Shown: positions 15,528 to 24,042 of the stretch, piece by piece
Position numbering within the stretch: position 1 is the first letter of the stretch
How the letters are laid out: each line of letters begins with the position of its first letter
DNA from: Pirellula staleyi DSM 6068
GTDB taxonomy: Bacteria; Planctomycetota; Planctomycetia; Pirellulales; Pirellulaceae
Assembly (NCBI GenBank): GCA_000025185.1
Contig: CP001848.1
Location: forward strand, 1,170,001-1,202,000
Reading direction: 5' to 3'
DNA: 32,000 nt
Notes under the pieces: generated by a model
Database searches by the model: none
Seen by the model: only the letters and a program-made list of their open reading frames with translations
What the model was told of the DNA's origin: nothing
Translations under genes and position numbers: made by a program

Positions 15528-15638
15528 GTGCCACTGGCATGTTGCCAGTGCAGAAGTTGGAAGGGGATGTTTTGGGCGAAATCTGCCTAAAACCGAAGAG
15601 TCCATCTACACTTCTCACTGGGCAGAGCCCAGTGGCAC
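15528..15638 (+). promoter_or_regulatory. Pair of near-identical hairpins with mutually exclusive long-range pairing in the pyrH-frr spacer; candidate structured RNA or leader
   Basis: Hairpin 1 is CACTGGCA-tgt-TGCCAGTG (15532-15550). Hairpin 2 is CACTGGGC-aga-GCCCAGTG (15616-15634). GTGCCACTGG (15528-15537) is the exact reverse complement of CCAGTGGCAC (15629-15638). Confidence 0.3.
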
Positions 15639-15938
15639 GCTGAATTGCAGCCTACTCCTTGCAGAATGACATGGATTGTTAGACGGACCACCTTGCGCAG
15701 CAGTTCTGCGGCGCTATTGGGGCCTGCTGATTCGCGCGACTCTCGTCCTGCGCTGGCGGCGGTGGCAACGCTGGCCAAATTGCGGTACGATTGGTTGCTT
15801 CTCGAGAATCGGCCCATCGGCCCGCAAATTCCGCAGCCGATTCCCTTTTCGACGCCTGGGTCCAGCATCCGCAGGACGGCACGCACTCTCCTTCACCGCG
15901 TGCTCCTCGGACGACTCGATATAGAAGGATCTCTCACC

Positions 15939-16499
15939 ATGCCAGCCGACGAAATTCTGTTCGACGTTGAAGAACGAATGGAAAAAGCCATTTCGGTTCT
16001 CAAGGGCCAACTTGCCGGTATCCGCACCGGACGCGCGAATCCGGGTCTTGTGGATTCGCTCCGCGTGGAAGTCTACGGCAGCCCGACCCCGATGAAATCG
16101 CTCGCCTCGGTCGGTGCCCCCGAACCGCAGCAGATCGTCATCCGACCTTACGACGCCAGCACGATCAAAGACATCGAAAAAGCGATCATCGCCAGCGGAC
16201 TCGGCTTCGCGCCGCAGAACGACGGTCGTGTGATCCGCCTCAATGTGCCGCCACTCACCACCGAAACGCGCCGCAAACTGGTGGCTCGCATCAAGGAACT
16301 GACCGAAGAAGCGAAGGTCTCGATCCGCAACGTTCGCCGCGATGGAAACAAAGCAGCCGAGCAAGAGGAGAAAGACAAACTCCTTTCGGAAGATGAGTGC
16401 AAAAAGGTCAAGGAAGATGTGCAAGAGCTGACCAAGAAGTACGAGAACACCGCTGGCGAAATGGCCAAGCATCGCGAAGCGGAAGTGATGGACAACTAG
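15939..16499 (+). CDS. frr: Ribosome recycling factor
   Basis: The ATG at 15939 follows GAAGGA. The 186-aa sequence MPADEILFDVEERMEKAISVLKGQLAGIRTGRANPGLVDSLRVEVYGSPTPM...LNVPPLTTETRRKLV is canonical RRF. The track ORF (from 15645) is over-extended into the spacer. Confidence 0.95.
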   Translation: MPADEILFDVEERMEKAISVLKGQLAGIRTGRANPGLVDSLRVEVYGSPTPMKSLASVGAPEPQQIVIRPYDASTIKDIEKAIIASGLGFAPQNDGRVIRLNVPPLTTETRRKLVARIKELTEEAKVSIRNVRRDGNKAAEQEEKDKLLSEDECKKVKEDVQELTKKYENTAGEMAKHREAEVMDN

Positions 16500-16671
16500 C
16501 AGCTTTTTCAGGCAAAAACGCCCCAAAACGCTCGCCAGCCGACTCGAACTTCATCAGCCATTCATCGTTGTGGACTAGAACGAAGTCTCACGTATCCCTG
16601 CGTGGAGTTGCCTCACGCCGAGCAACTCCACGTCACGATTTTTGCTCCGCTTTTCGAAATCGAGCCTGCTG

Positions 16672-17604
16672 ATGCCCCGCCCTGTGTCGATCACGATTGT
16701 CTCCCTGCGCCTGCTCTCGATCATCGCTTTCCTGGCGGGATCTCTGATGACCAGCCCCCTGTTTGCCGCCGATGCAATCCCTCCCGCGCGCGAGCTCGTA
16801 CTCGGCAAACAGGTCCTCATCATCGCCCATCGTGGCAACAGCAGCGAGTTTCCCGAGAACACGATTCCCGCCTTCGAGTCGGCGGTGAAAGTGGGGAGCG
16901 ATCTCGTCGAGCTCGATTACTACCATAGCGGCGACAATCAGCCTGTCGTCATTCACGACAACATCCTCGACCGAACCACCGACGCTGAAAAAATCCTTGG
17001 GGAAGGAAAGTTGCTGGTCGCTAAGACTCCACTGGCCGACCTCCTGAAGCTCGACGCTGGCACCTGGTTCGACGAAAAGTTCTCCGGTACGAAGATCCCG
17101 ACACTCACCGAATCGATCGACGTGATTCAAAGCGGCAGCACGACACTGATCGAGCGAAAAGCGGGGGATGCCGACACCGTCGTGAAAGTGATCCAGGAAA
17201 AAGAACTGATGGATCGTGTGGTGGTGCAGGCGTTCGATTGGGACTATGTCAGCCGCTGCCGCGAACTCGCACCGACACTCATGCTCGCCGCACTCGGAGG
17301 CAAAACCGCGAGCCCTGCTCAGCTGAAAGCTGCCGCGAAAACCGGAGCGCAAGTGATTGCCTGGAATCATCAAGAGATCAGCAAAGCACAGATCGATCAG
17401 ATTCACGAGCTCGGCTGTAAGGCTTGGGTCTACACGGTCGACGACCCCAAACGAGCCCTCAAACTGCTCGAAGATGGGATCGATGGGATCATCACCAATC
17501 GCCCCGCGACGATGCTCAAGCTACGTGCTGCCTATGAAGCCGCACAAGCGAAAGCCACCGGACCGAAAGCCACAGAGTCCACAGCAGCTGAATCGGCCGA
17601 GTAG
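16672..17604 (+). CDS. Secreted glycerophosphodiester phosphodiesterase (GDPD family)
   Basis: The ATG at 16672 gives the signal peptide MPRPVSITIVSLRLLSIIAFLAGSLMTSPLFA. The catalytic motif is IAHRGNSSEFPENT. The blocks ELDYYHS..G..VVIHD, GTKIPTL and the C-terminal DGIITNRP are typical of GDPD. Confidence 0.85.
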   Translation: MPRPVSITIVSLRLLSIIAFLAGSLMTSPLFAADAIPPARELVLGKQVLIIAHRGNSSEFPENTIPAFESAVKVGSDLVELDYYHSGDNQPVVIHDNILDRTTDAEKILGEGKLLVAKTPLADLLKLDAGTWFDEKFSGTKIPTLTESIDVIQSGSTTLIERKAGDADTVVKVIQEKELMDRVVVQAFDWDYVSRCRELAPTLMLAALGGKTASPAQLKAAAKTGAQVIAWNHQEISKAQIDQIHELGCKAWVYTVDDPKRALKLLEDGIDGIITNRPATMLKLRAAYEAAQAKATGPKATESTAAESAE

Positions 17605-17631
17605 CCAACTCCCCCCGCGAAGCGGCCACCG

Positions 17632-18645
17632 CTATCGTTTCCAGAAGCTGTCGACGAGCAGCAGCACGCTGTAAATCACCATCGCAGCGATGCCATACGG
17701 GGCATACCAAAGCATGCCGATGTCGCGCACCCGAGGTCGGCTCAGCACACGCTCGGGATCGCTCTTTAGGTAAAGCACATCGGTCGCTTCCCCCACTTCG
17801 CGCGGCAGCATGTAGAAATCGGCTGCCTCCCAGCGCAGTGTGTGGGTCACCCCTGCTGAGTCTTGATACTGGACGTCGTATTTCGGCGCTGCTCCCTCTT
17901 CAATCGCGGTCACCTTCCCGGAATAGATTTGGGGATCGCTCCAGGCCGACTGCGCCTGTGTCGCCAGCACCACACACGCGACCAGCGAAACGACAAGCGC
18001 GAAGGTCGCAAGCAGCTTCAGCAAACTCCAGCCGCGACGTGGCGCAGTGGTCTTCGCGTAGGCAAACAGCTCGGGCAATTTCGGATCGATCGCCATTTCG
18101 AGCTGTTTTTTAGAAAGCTGCCCAAGCCCTTTCTTGGGGACGAACTCCGGGAGCCGCAGCACCACCTGATGGACGCGGCCATACTGCATCACCAGACCGA
18201 TCGACGACTCTTTGAGCCATAGCGTGCCACGCAGCAAGAGTTCGCGCGGATTCTCTTCGCGCTCGCCGGTCGAGGGGCCGGTCATCTCGCCCGCAAAAAG
18301 GCTGTCATAAGGATCGCTATCGGCCCGCCACATCGTGCGGGAAAATTGCTTATTCCCAATCGCCAGCAGCGCCACATCGAGGGTCGCGCCGACGATTTTC
18401 TCTCCCTCAATCGCCAACTCTGGATGGCTCGAGACGATGTCGAGCAGTCGATACGGCTCTTCTTCCTCAAACGTTAGCTCGATCGCTTGCGGCGCGATCT
18501 CCATCCACTCGTGCTCGCTCTCGGAAAACTCAAAAGCCACACCAGTGGCAGCGAGTGCTCGCAGCACCTCGCTGTGCGTCATGCCAAGTCGCAGGGGGCC
18601 AATCCCCTCCCCGACCTTCAGCGGCCAACTCGCTTGCAGCGCCAT
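17632..18645 (-). CDS. Membrane protein of unknown function: N-terminal soluble domain plus a C-terminal TM-beta-TM module (DUF3592-like)
   Basis: 337-aa ORF with ATG (complement of 18643-18645). Two hydrophobic helices, WSLLKLLATFALVVSLVACVVLA and MLWYAPYGIAAMVIYSVLLLV, flank a beta-rich segment of ~100 aa. The gene lies 135 nt downstream of top6A on the same strand. Confidence 0.55.
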   Translation of the reverse strand: MALQASWPLKVGEGIGPLRLGMTHSEVLRALAATGVAFEFSESEHEWMEIAPQAIELTFEEEEPYRLLDIVSSHPELAIEGEKIVGATLDVALLAIGNKQFSRTMWRADSDPYDSLFAGEMTGPSTGEREENPRELLLRGTLWLKESSIGLVMQYGRVHQVVLRLPEFVPKKGLGQLSKKQLEMAIDPKLPELFAYAKTTAPRRGWSLLKLLATFALVVSLVACVVLATQAQSAWSDPQIYSGKVTAIEEGAAPKYDVQYQDSAGVTHTLRWEAADFYMLPREVGEATDVLYLKSDPERVLSRPRVRDIGMLWYAPYGIAAMVIYSVLLLVDSFWKR

Positions 18646-18780
18646 ACAAGATCTTCCCGTACAAAAGCTACCGATCGCCAGCGAGTCGGAGCGTCAGCGC
18701 GTCAGTTCCTCAGCGAGCTGGGGTGGCTACTAGCTAGATTGTCCAGCAGTGAGCTTTCCTCGACATCGTGTGCAGCAGCA

Positions 18781-19935
18781 CTAATCCAAGAACTCGCCCG
18801 ATTCGAGCAGTTCAGGAACATATTCCTCGGTGACGTAGCTGATATCTTTGCTGATCAAGGATTCGACTTCGAGTTTGAAGCCGTTCTTGAGCATCATTTC
18901 GATCTCTTTCTGCCACGCCTTTTTCTTGATGAACCAAGGATAGCTGGCGATTTGTTTGGCGCGCTTAATGTCTTGATCGTTGAGCTTGATCTTCACGCTG
19001 CTCGATAGGCCGCAGCGATCGTAGTCCAAACTACGCAGACCCAAATACCGCGCGCCAGGAATCGCCATCCGCTCGGATTCGTAGGCCAGGTTGATCGAGC
19101 CCTGCTTGATCACGCTGTAGATGTAGTAGCCCCACGGATCGTTATCGAGCAAGCAATAGACTGGCAACTTCAGTTCGTTATGCAACCGATAAAGCATCCG
19201 GCGCACGCCGCGCGGAGGCTGTCCCGCACCATGCGTGAGAATGCAGTTGTGCTTGAGCCAAAACTTATCTTCGTTGAAGCGCTGCCAGACTGTATCTTTT
19301 TCGACATGCAGGATGAACTTGGCTTTGACATTCTTAAACGTGATCCGGTCGGGTTCGACGATCGACGGAATGCCGTAGCCACCTGACCCCATGCGTGTGC
19401 AATCGATTTCATCGCCACTATCGACCACGGTGATCTGCCCCACCATTTCGCCGCGTTTTTGCGCGTAGAGATGGAGTTCTTCACGCAGCGAGGAGAGAAG
19501 CACCTCGACATCCTCGATCATCGTGTCGGATTCACTCTGCTCTTCGAAGGTCTCTTCGCTCGTCCCATCGATGGTGTGCTTGAGCATGTAGTACAGACCT
19601 CGAAGGCTCGTGGTCTTGCCTTGCTCGATGAGGCGCTTGCAGCCGCTGCCGACCAGCACTGTTTGCATGAACGCTTTGGCCTGCGACAGGTTGAAGAGTT
19701 CGCGCGATGTTTTGGAGCTTCCCATCTCCAAGATTTTTTGCGACTGGTTGAACTTCACGTTCGACAAGCTGCGACTGAGGATACTCATCTCTGGCGCTGT
19801 CTTTTGCGTAGCGCTTTTGGCGACATCGCTCGCGAGTTTCCTGAGGGAATCGAGCGTCTTCTTATCCTTGTCCGTCAATTTGACCGGTTCGGCAGGTTTA
19901 TTGGCCGGACGCGTATTGGAAGTCTTCTTAGCCAT
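18781..19935 (-). CDS. top6A: DNA topoisomerase VI subunit A (Spo11/Top6A family)
   Basis: 384-aa ORF. The catalytic-tyrosine region is TSLRGLYYMLK. The Toprim acidic residues are in FILHVEKDTVWQRF and YCLLDNDPWGYYIY. The C-terminal KLEVESL block is also present. Length and motif order match archaeal Top6A. Confidence 0.9.
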   Translation of the reverse strand: MAKKTSNTRPANKPAEPVKLTDKDKKTLDSLRKLASDVAKSATQKTAPEMSILSRSLSNVKFNQSQKILEMGSSKTSRELFNLSQAKAFMQTVLVGSGCKRLIEQGKTTSLRGLYYMLKHTIDGTSEETFEEQSESDTMIEDVEVLLSSLREELHLYAQKRGEMVGQITVVDSGDEIDCTRMGSGGYGIPSIVEPDRITFKNVKAKFILHVEKDTVWQRFNEDKFWLKHNCILTHGAGQPPRGVRRMLYRLHNELKLPVYCLLDNDPWGYYIYSVIKQGSINLAYESERMAIPGARYLGLRSLDYDRCGLSSSVKIKLNDQDIKRAKQIASYPWFIKKKAWQKEIEMMLKNGFKLEVESLISKDISYVTEEYVPELLESGEFLD

Positions 19936-20277
19936 GTCGTCGCTTCATCCGAGGGAATAACTTGCTAACTGAATGTCGAAATTGGGTGATGAAAAGCCTC
20001 GCACTTTCATCGCATCCAACCTCAATATCCAACTTGATGTCGTTGTTAAAAGGTACAGCCTAAACTTTTCGCTTGCCGGCAATTGCGGGGGGTCAAACAC
20101 CACGATTTAGCGATTTATGAGGGAGCTTTTTCGTTGCACTTGTCCCTTGGATGGTTACACTTGCCCTGACTGCCCCTACACATTTAGCGGCAATCACTGG
20201 ACTATCGATTCGCTCGCTACGCGCTGAAGTGATGCCATCAACTCGGGACCGATCTCTCTTAATCTTGGGGACCTCTC

Positions 20278-20736
20278 ATGGAAGCTGACAACTTTGAGTC
20301 TTTTGAAATGGACGTCGCGCCGCAGCAACCTCGGTCTTATCTTCATTTTTTGATTGTTTCGCTGGGACTGCGCTATACCATCGGGCTTCCACTGGTTGCC
20401 CTGCTCTCGTTTATCGCCATTGTCCTACTGCTCCTGTTTGGCAAGAACCGTTATGTGGGTGCTGCCATCCTTACGATTTTGCCCATGGAACCCTTGATGG
20501 GAATGTATGCTTTCGTCGATGGACTGATTGCCTCGTTTCAGGTGATCTCCATGGCAGGCGTTGCTCCCAAGCCGGCAGACATGGCTGAAGGTTTTGCCAT
20601 GTCGCTGGTGGCGACGCTGGTTTCTCTGGCCCTCAGTTGCCCGATCTTTCTCACGGCCGCGGTGGGGCTGTCGATCCGAGCCATCTTGCCCGATACCCAG
20701 CCCGTGGGATCAGCACCATCGAAAACAACCCCCTAA
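20278..20736 (+). CDS. Small polytopic membrane protein with a MotA/TolQ/ExbB-like C-terminal helix pair
   Basis: 152-aa ORF with 3-4 hydrophobic helices. The segment PADMAEGFAMSLVATLVSLALSCPIFL resembles the conserved LA.GI..AL.TT..GL.VAIP stretch of the MotA/ExbB family. It is encoded antisense between top6A and top6B. Confidence 0.5.
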   Translation: MEADNFESFEMDVAPQQPRSYLHFLIVSLGLRYTIGLPLVALLSFIAIVLLLLFGKNRYVGAAILTILPMEPLMGMYAFVDGLIASFQVISMAGVAPKPADMAEGFAMSLVATLVSLALSCPIFLTAAVGLSIRAILPDTQPVGSAPSKTTP

Positions 20737-20785
20737 AACCATTGCCGATTTCGTGCCTGTCATCGAGGGGGATGGAACGAAAGAC

Positions 20786-22798
20786 CTACGACGCGGTGAC
20801 GCCACCCTCCTCTTCGTTTTGATTGACGATGAGGACATGCTCGCCAAAATCTTCTTCCTCTTGTTTTTCAATACGGCGGCCGCGATCGTCGAACTTGGCG
20901 TCAGCCTCGGCTGTCTTTTTCTTTGCGACCTGCAAGAGGCTCTCGTAGAGCTTGGTCTTGTCGTGCTTTTCGTCGATGGTGTTGATGGCGGTGGCCACTT
21001 CATTGAGGTAGCGCAGGAAGATGCTGCGGCGCTCTCCCTCTTGCTTCACCTTGTTGCGACGATTGAGGTAGATGCCCAGTTTGCGACCGACAGCTTGCAG
21101 GCCGAGGCGCAACTCTTTTTGGATTTCGGGATAGCCGGCGATTGCTTCTTTGGATTCGCTGGTGAACGGGACCCAAACGCTCGCCATGTGCACCATGATG
21201 GTGAGAGGACCTTGCGGCAACTGGCCGCGCGATTGCGAAACGCCATAGCTGCGCCAGTTGGTGGCGATGACACTTTGCGTGATCGCGCAGGCGGCATGCT
21301 GGAACTGCAGTGGCACGCGATTGGCGTAGCGCAGCACCTGCATCGTTTGCCCTTCGGAGAGGTTCACGTTCCGCATCGCCGCGTGGAGCGTGGCGATTTC
21401 GTCTTTCGTAAGTTTCGATGGGCTTTGGCGTGAGCCGAACTGCGCTTCGCTGAGGATCCGCTCGGAGGCATCGCTCCCGACACCATCGAAAGTGCTCATC
21501 AGGAACTGACGAAGTGTTCGCGCATCGCTTTCGCTCAGGAGCTCGGTGAGCGCTTCGAGCGACACCTTCTGGGCGGCGCTTACGCCACCAAAAGCGAGGC
21601 CGACTTCGATCTGGAACGGATTGCCGCGATAGACGGCGGGTGGACGAGTGGCAGCGGCGTAGAACTCGCCCGGGACCACATGATGCAAACCTTTGAGGAT
21701 CAAAGGTTCGCCGATCGGTGTAATGCAGTCGGTTGCCGGAGCGCTGATTTTGGTGGCCTGGATCGCTTGATAGAGGGCATCGACCTCTTGCCGGCCGATC
21801 CGTTTGCAATTGGCTCGGGTGCTGATTTTGGCCGTATCGCAAATCTCTTTGGCAACACTGGACGACACACGCGAGAACGAGTCGGTGAGGAACTGCGAGA
21901 TGGTGCCAGCGGGGGTGTCTTTGAGCATCGTCACCAAACGGCCCAGCTCGACGCCGTAGGGATGCGGCTTAATTTCTTTCGGTTCTGGGGGCAACTCGGT
22001 GGTGCTTCGGCTGTACGAAATGCTGCCGCCATCGGGATCGAAATAGTGGATCGTGACGTGCGGGTTGGCGATCGCCGTTTGCTCGAGATATTCATCCACG
22101 CTGCCGCGACCACGGATGTATTTCCCCTCGAGCTCGATCGTCACGCTGGTGCCACTCTTCACTTCGGTGGCTGGTTTTTCCCCTTCAGCGGGATACATCG
22201 TTTGCCAGCAAATGCCACGCTTGTCGAGCGTGGTGGCATCGGTTTCGATGTCTTCCCCTTCACCCTTACCGTTGATGATTTCGGGGTGGTTGCGCTTGGT
22301 ATCGATCTGGATTTCGAAGTAGTGCGCAGGTTTTTTCGGCGAGAGCTTGGAGACAATGCGGACCGGCTTGCCGGTGGTGAGCATGCCGTACATGCCAGCG
22401 GCCGAGATACCAATTCCTTGCTGACCGCGGCTCATCCGGAGGCGATGGAATTTGCTGCCGTAGAGGAGCTTGCCGAAAATCAGCGGAATCTGCTTTTTGA
22501 CGATGCCGGGACCGTTGTCTTGCACGGTCACCTGGTAGCGATTGTTGCCGGTCGAAGCCATCGTGACCCAGATTTCGGGAGTGATGCCCGCTTCTTCGCA
22601 CGCATCGAGGCTGTTGTCGACCGCCTCTTTCACCGTGGTGAGGAGCGCCTTGCGCGGATTATCAAAGCCGAGCAGATGGCGGTTCTTGGCGAAGAACTCA
22701 CTGACGGAGATATCGCGCTGCTTGGTCGCCATGCTCTCCGCTGTGGCGCGTCGCTGAGGTGCTTCCGGTGTCGTCGATTCGGAGTTGGCGTCGAGCAT
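20786..22798 (-). CDS. top6B: DNA topoisomerase VI subunit B (GHKL/Bergerat ATPase plus transducer domain)
   Basis: 670-aa ORF. The N-terminal region is ISVSEFFAKNRHLLGFDNPRKALLTTVKEAVDNSLDA (N-box). G1 is DNGPGI and G2 is SRGQQGIGIS. Helix-two-turn-helix and transducer regions follow, with a charged C-terminal tail. Confidence 0.9.
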   Translation of the reverse strand: MLDANSESTTPEAPQRRATAESMATKQRDISVSEFFAKNRHLLGFDNPRKALLTTVKEAVDNSLDACEEAGITPEIWVTMASTGNNRYQVTVQDNGPGIVKKQIPLIFGKLLYGSKFHRLRMSRGQQGIGISAAGMYGMLTTGKPVRIVSKLSPKKPAHYFEIQIDTKRNHPEIINGKGEGEDIETDATTLDKRGICWQTMYPAEGEKPATEVKSGTSVTIELEGKYIRGRGSVDEYLEQTAIANPHVTIHYFDPDGGSISYSRSTTELPPEPKEIKPHPYGVELGRLVTMLKDTPAGTISQFLTDSFSRVSSSVAKEICDTAKISTRANCKRIGRQEVDALYQAIQATKISAPATDCITPIGEPLILKGLHHVVPGEFYAAATRPPAVYRGNPFQIEVGLAFGGVSAAQKVSLEALTELLSESDARTLRQFLMSTFDGVGSDASERILSEAQFGSRQSPSKLTKDEIATLHAAMRNVNLSEGQTMQVLRYANRVPLQFQHAACAITQSVIATNWRSYGVSQSRGQLPQGPLTIMVHMASVWVPFTSESKEAIAGYPEIQKELRLGLQAVGRKLGIYLNRRNKVKQEGERRSIFLRYLNEVATAINTIDEKHDKTKLYESLLQVAKKKTAEADAKFDDRGRRIEKQEEEDFGEHVLIVNQNEEEGGVTAS

Positions 22799-23492
22799 AC
22801 TTCAATCGATTGGAGAGTGTGAAATGGGGGAACAAGGGGATCCCGATCGAGCTGCCCGAGCGTTTGATTTCGGGAGGTCGGTCGACGGGAGCAAGGTGCT
22901 AGCCTCGCTCGGGGAGCGAGCGCTCGGCTTCCAGGAGTTAGCAGCTATCGACCATTGGTGCCCCGCTTCTCAAGCCCGAGGAGAGGTGCAAGCGAGAGCC
23001 CAGGACCGACAAAAGTTGCAGCCAATCGGGAAGAAACGGTTGCTCGATGCCTCCCTTGCAAGGTGCAAACGTGCTGAAGGTAGCGGGCCGGGTGTCAGCA
23101 GCAAGCGCTGCATCGATCGGCGCTCGAGGTGACAAGTTTGGTCGCCAACCGCTCCTGCGGTCGAGCTTGCCTGCGTGGCAAACCTGGCGAATTGTAGCGA
23201 GTTTGCAGGCAAACTCCCAGCGGGCTTTAACGGCGGGTTGGGTCGTAGTGGCGGTGCCTGTTTTGTGTTGCTCGAGCGACGCTTAAAGGGCTCACACGGC
23301 TGGCTCAGTGGTGCCGAAGAAACGTTTTAGAGGAGTTGCCCATTCGCAGCTGTTTCTCAAGGGCGCCAAAGGTCTCTAGCGATCCAGGCTTGCCCCCACT
23401 ACTCAAATTGTTATTTCACGAGCCCTGGCGGGGAACGCAGTTCCAGAACCGCGAGTGAGCTCGAAGGGTGTCGAGCAAAAGGAGTTGCATCG

Positions 23493-23921
23493 ATGGTTCG
23501 AATGCTTGCTATTGCCAGCCTGGCCTTTTCTATCGCCATTGCGACTTCCTACGCCGCCAACGCCCAGGAAGTTTGCGAAAACTGCGAAGAAGGGGCAATT
23601 CAAGGTTGGGCCGGAAATCGTCGCGTTGGTGGAGCTGGCAACAGCTATTCGCCCGGCGGTTGCCAATATCGCGCTTATGGTCAGCCCGACCTGTTCTACA
23701 ACTACTACACCGGCGACAACTGCGGCGCAAACCCCGCTCAGATGTACCTGTCGCCACGTCCAGTTCCAGCGCACGTGGGGCACACCTACATCACCTATCA
23801 GCCCCTGATGCCGCACGAGTTTCTCTACCCTCACCACCGCACCTATCATCGCTACTACAACGGTGGCCAAGGGTTGACCCGCACGAGCGTGCATTACTAT
23901 TCGCCTCTGTTCCGCAAATAA
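23493..23921 (+). CDS. Small secreted Tyr/His/Gly/Pro-rich protein with 4 Cys, unknown function
   Basis: The ATG at 23493 has a strong SD (AAGGAG, 23479-23484). The signal peptide is MVRMLAIASLAFSIAIATSYAANA. The mature part contains CENC, GGCQY and DNCG, plus HVGHTYITYQPLMPHEFLYPHHRTYHRYY. Confidence 0.7.
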   Translation: MVRMLAIASLAFSIAIATSYAANAQEVCENCEEGAIQGWAGNRRVGGAGNSYSPGGCQYRAYGQPDLFYNYYTGDNCGANPAQMYLSPRPVPAHVGHTYITYQPLMPHEFLYPHHRTYHRYYNGGQGLTRTSVHYYSPLFRK

Positions 23922-24042
23922 TCAGCCTGGCAATTGGTTGCTCGGAAACGGTTGAAACTGTTTCCGAGCCGACACTTCCATCCGCTAGCCACTGCCGACT
24001 ACTACTTCACATCCGTCATCGCTCCCCCCGAGGAGATTGGTT

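Noticed and set aside
14589-17406. Long minus-strand ORFs 14589-15485 (298 aa), 15714-16526 (270 aa) and 16633-17406 (257 aa)
   Set aside because: Each is antisense to a confidently identified gene (pyrH, frr, GDPD phosphodiesterase). None has recognisable domains. They are shadow ORFs.
20561-22822. ORFs 20561-21433 (+), 21680-22822 (+), 21000-21842 (-) and several shorter ones
   Set aside because: They overlap top6B on the opposite strand or in alternative frames. The top6B frame carries all the GHKL motifs, while these have Arg/Ala/Gly-biased nonsense composition.
22785-23286. ORFs 22785-23132 (+, 115 aa), 22970-23212 (-) and 23047-23286 (+) in the top6B / secreted-operon spacer
   Set aside because: They have no SD and no motifs, and their frames overlap one another. 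The region is more likely a regulatory spacer, but a small real gene cannot be excluded without homology searches.
23496-23504. GGTTCGAAT, resembling a tRNA T-loop
   Set aside because: It is followed by GC rather than CC, lies within the first codons of a signal-peptide CDS, and has no acceptor or anticodon stems nearby. I found no tRNA in the window.
23468-23894. ORFs 23468-24046 (+, 192 aa), 23403-23894 (-, 163 aa) and 23934-24371 (+) overlapping the two secreted-protein genes
   Set aside because: The frames at 23493 and 24043 have SD sites and canonical signal peptides. The alternatives lack both.
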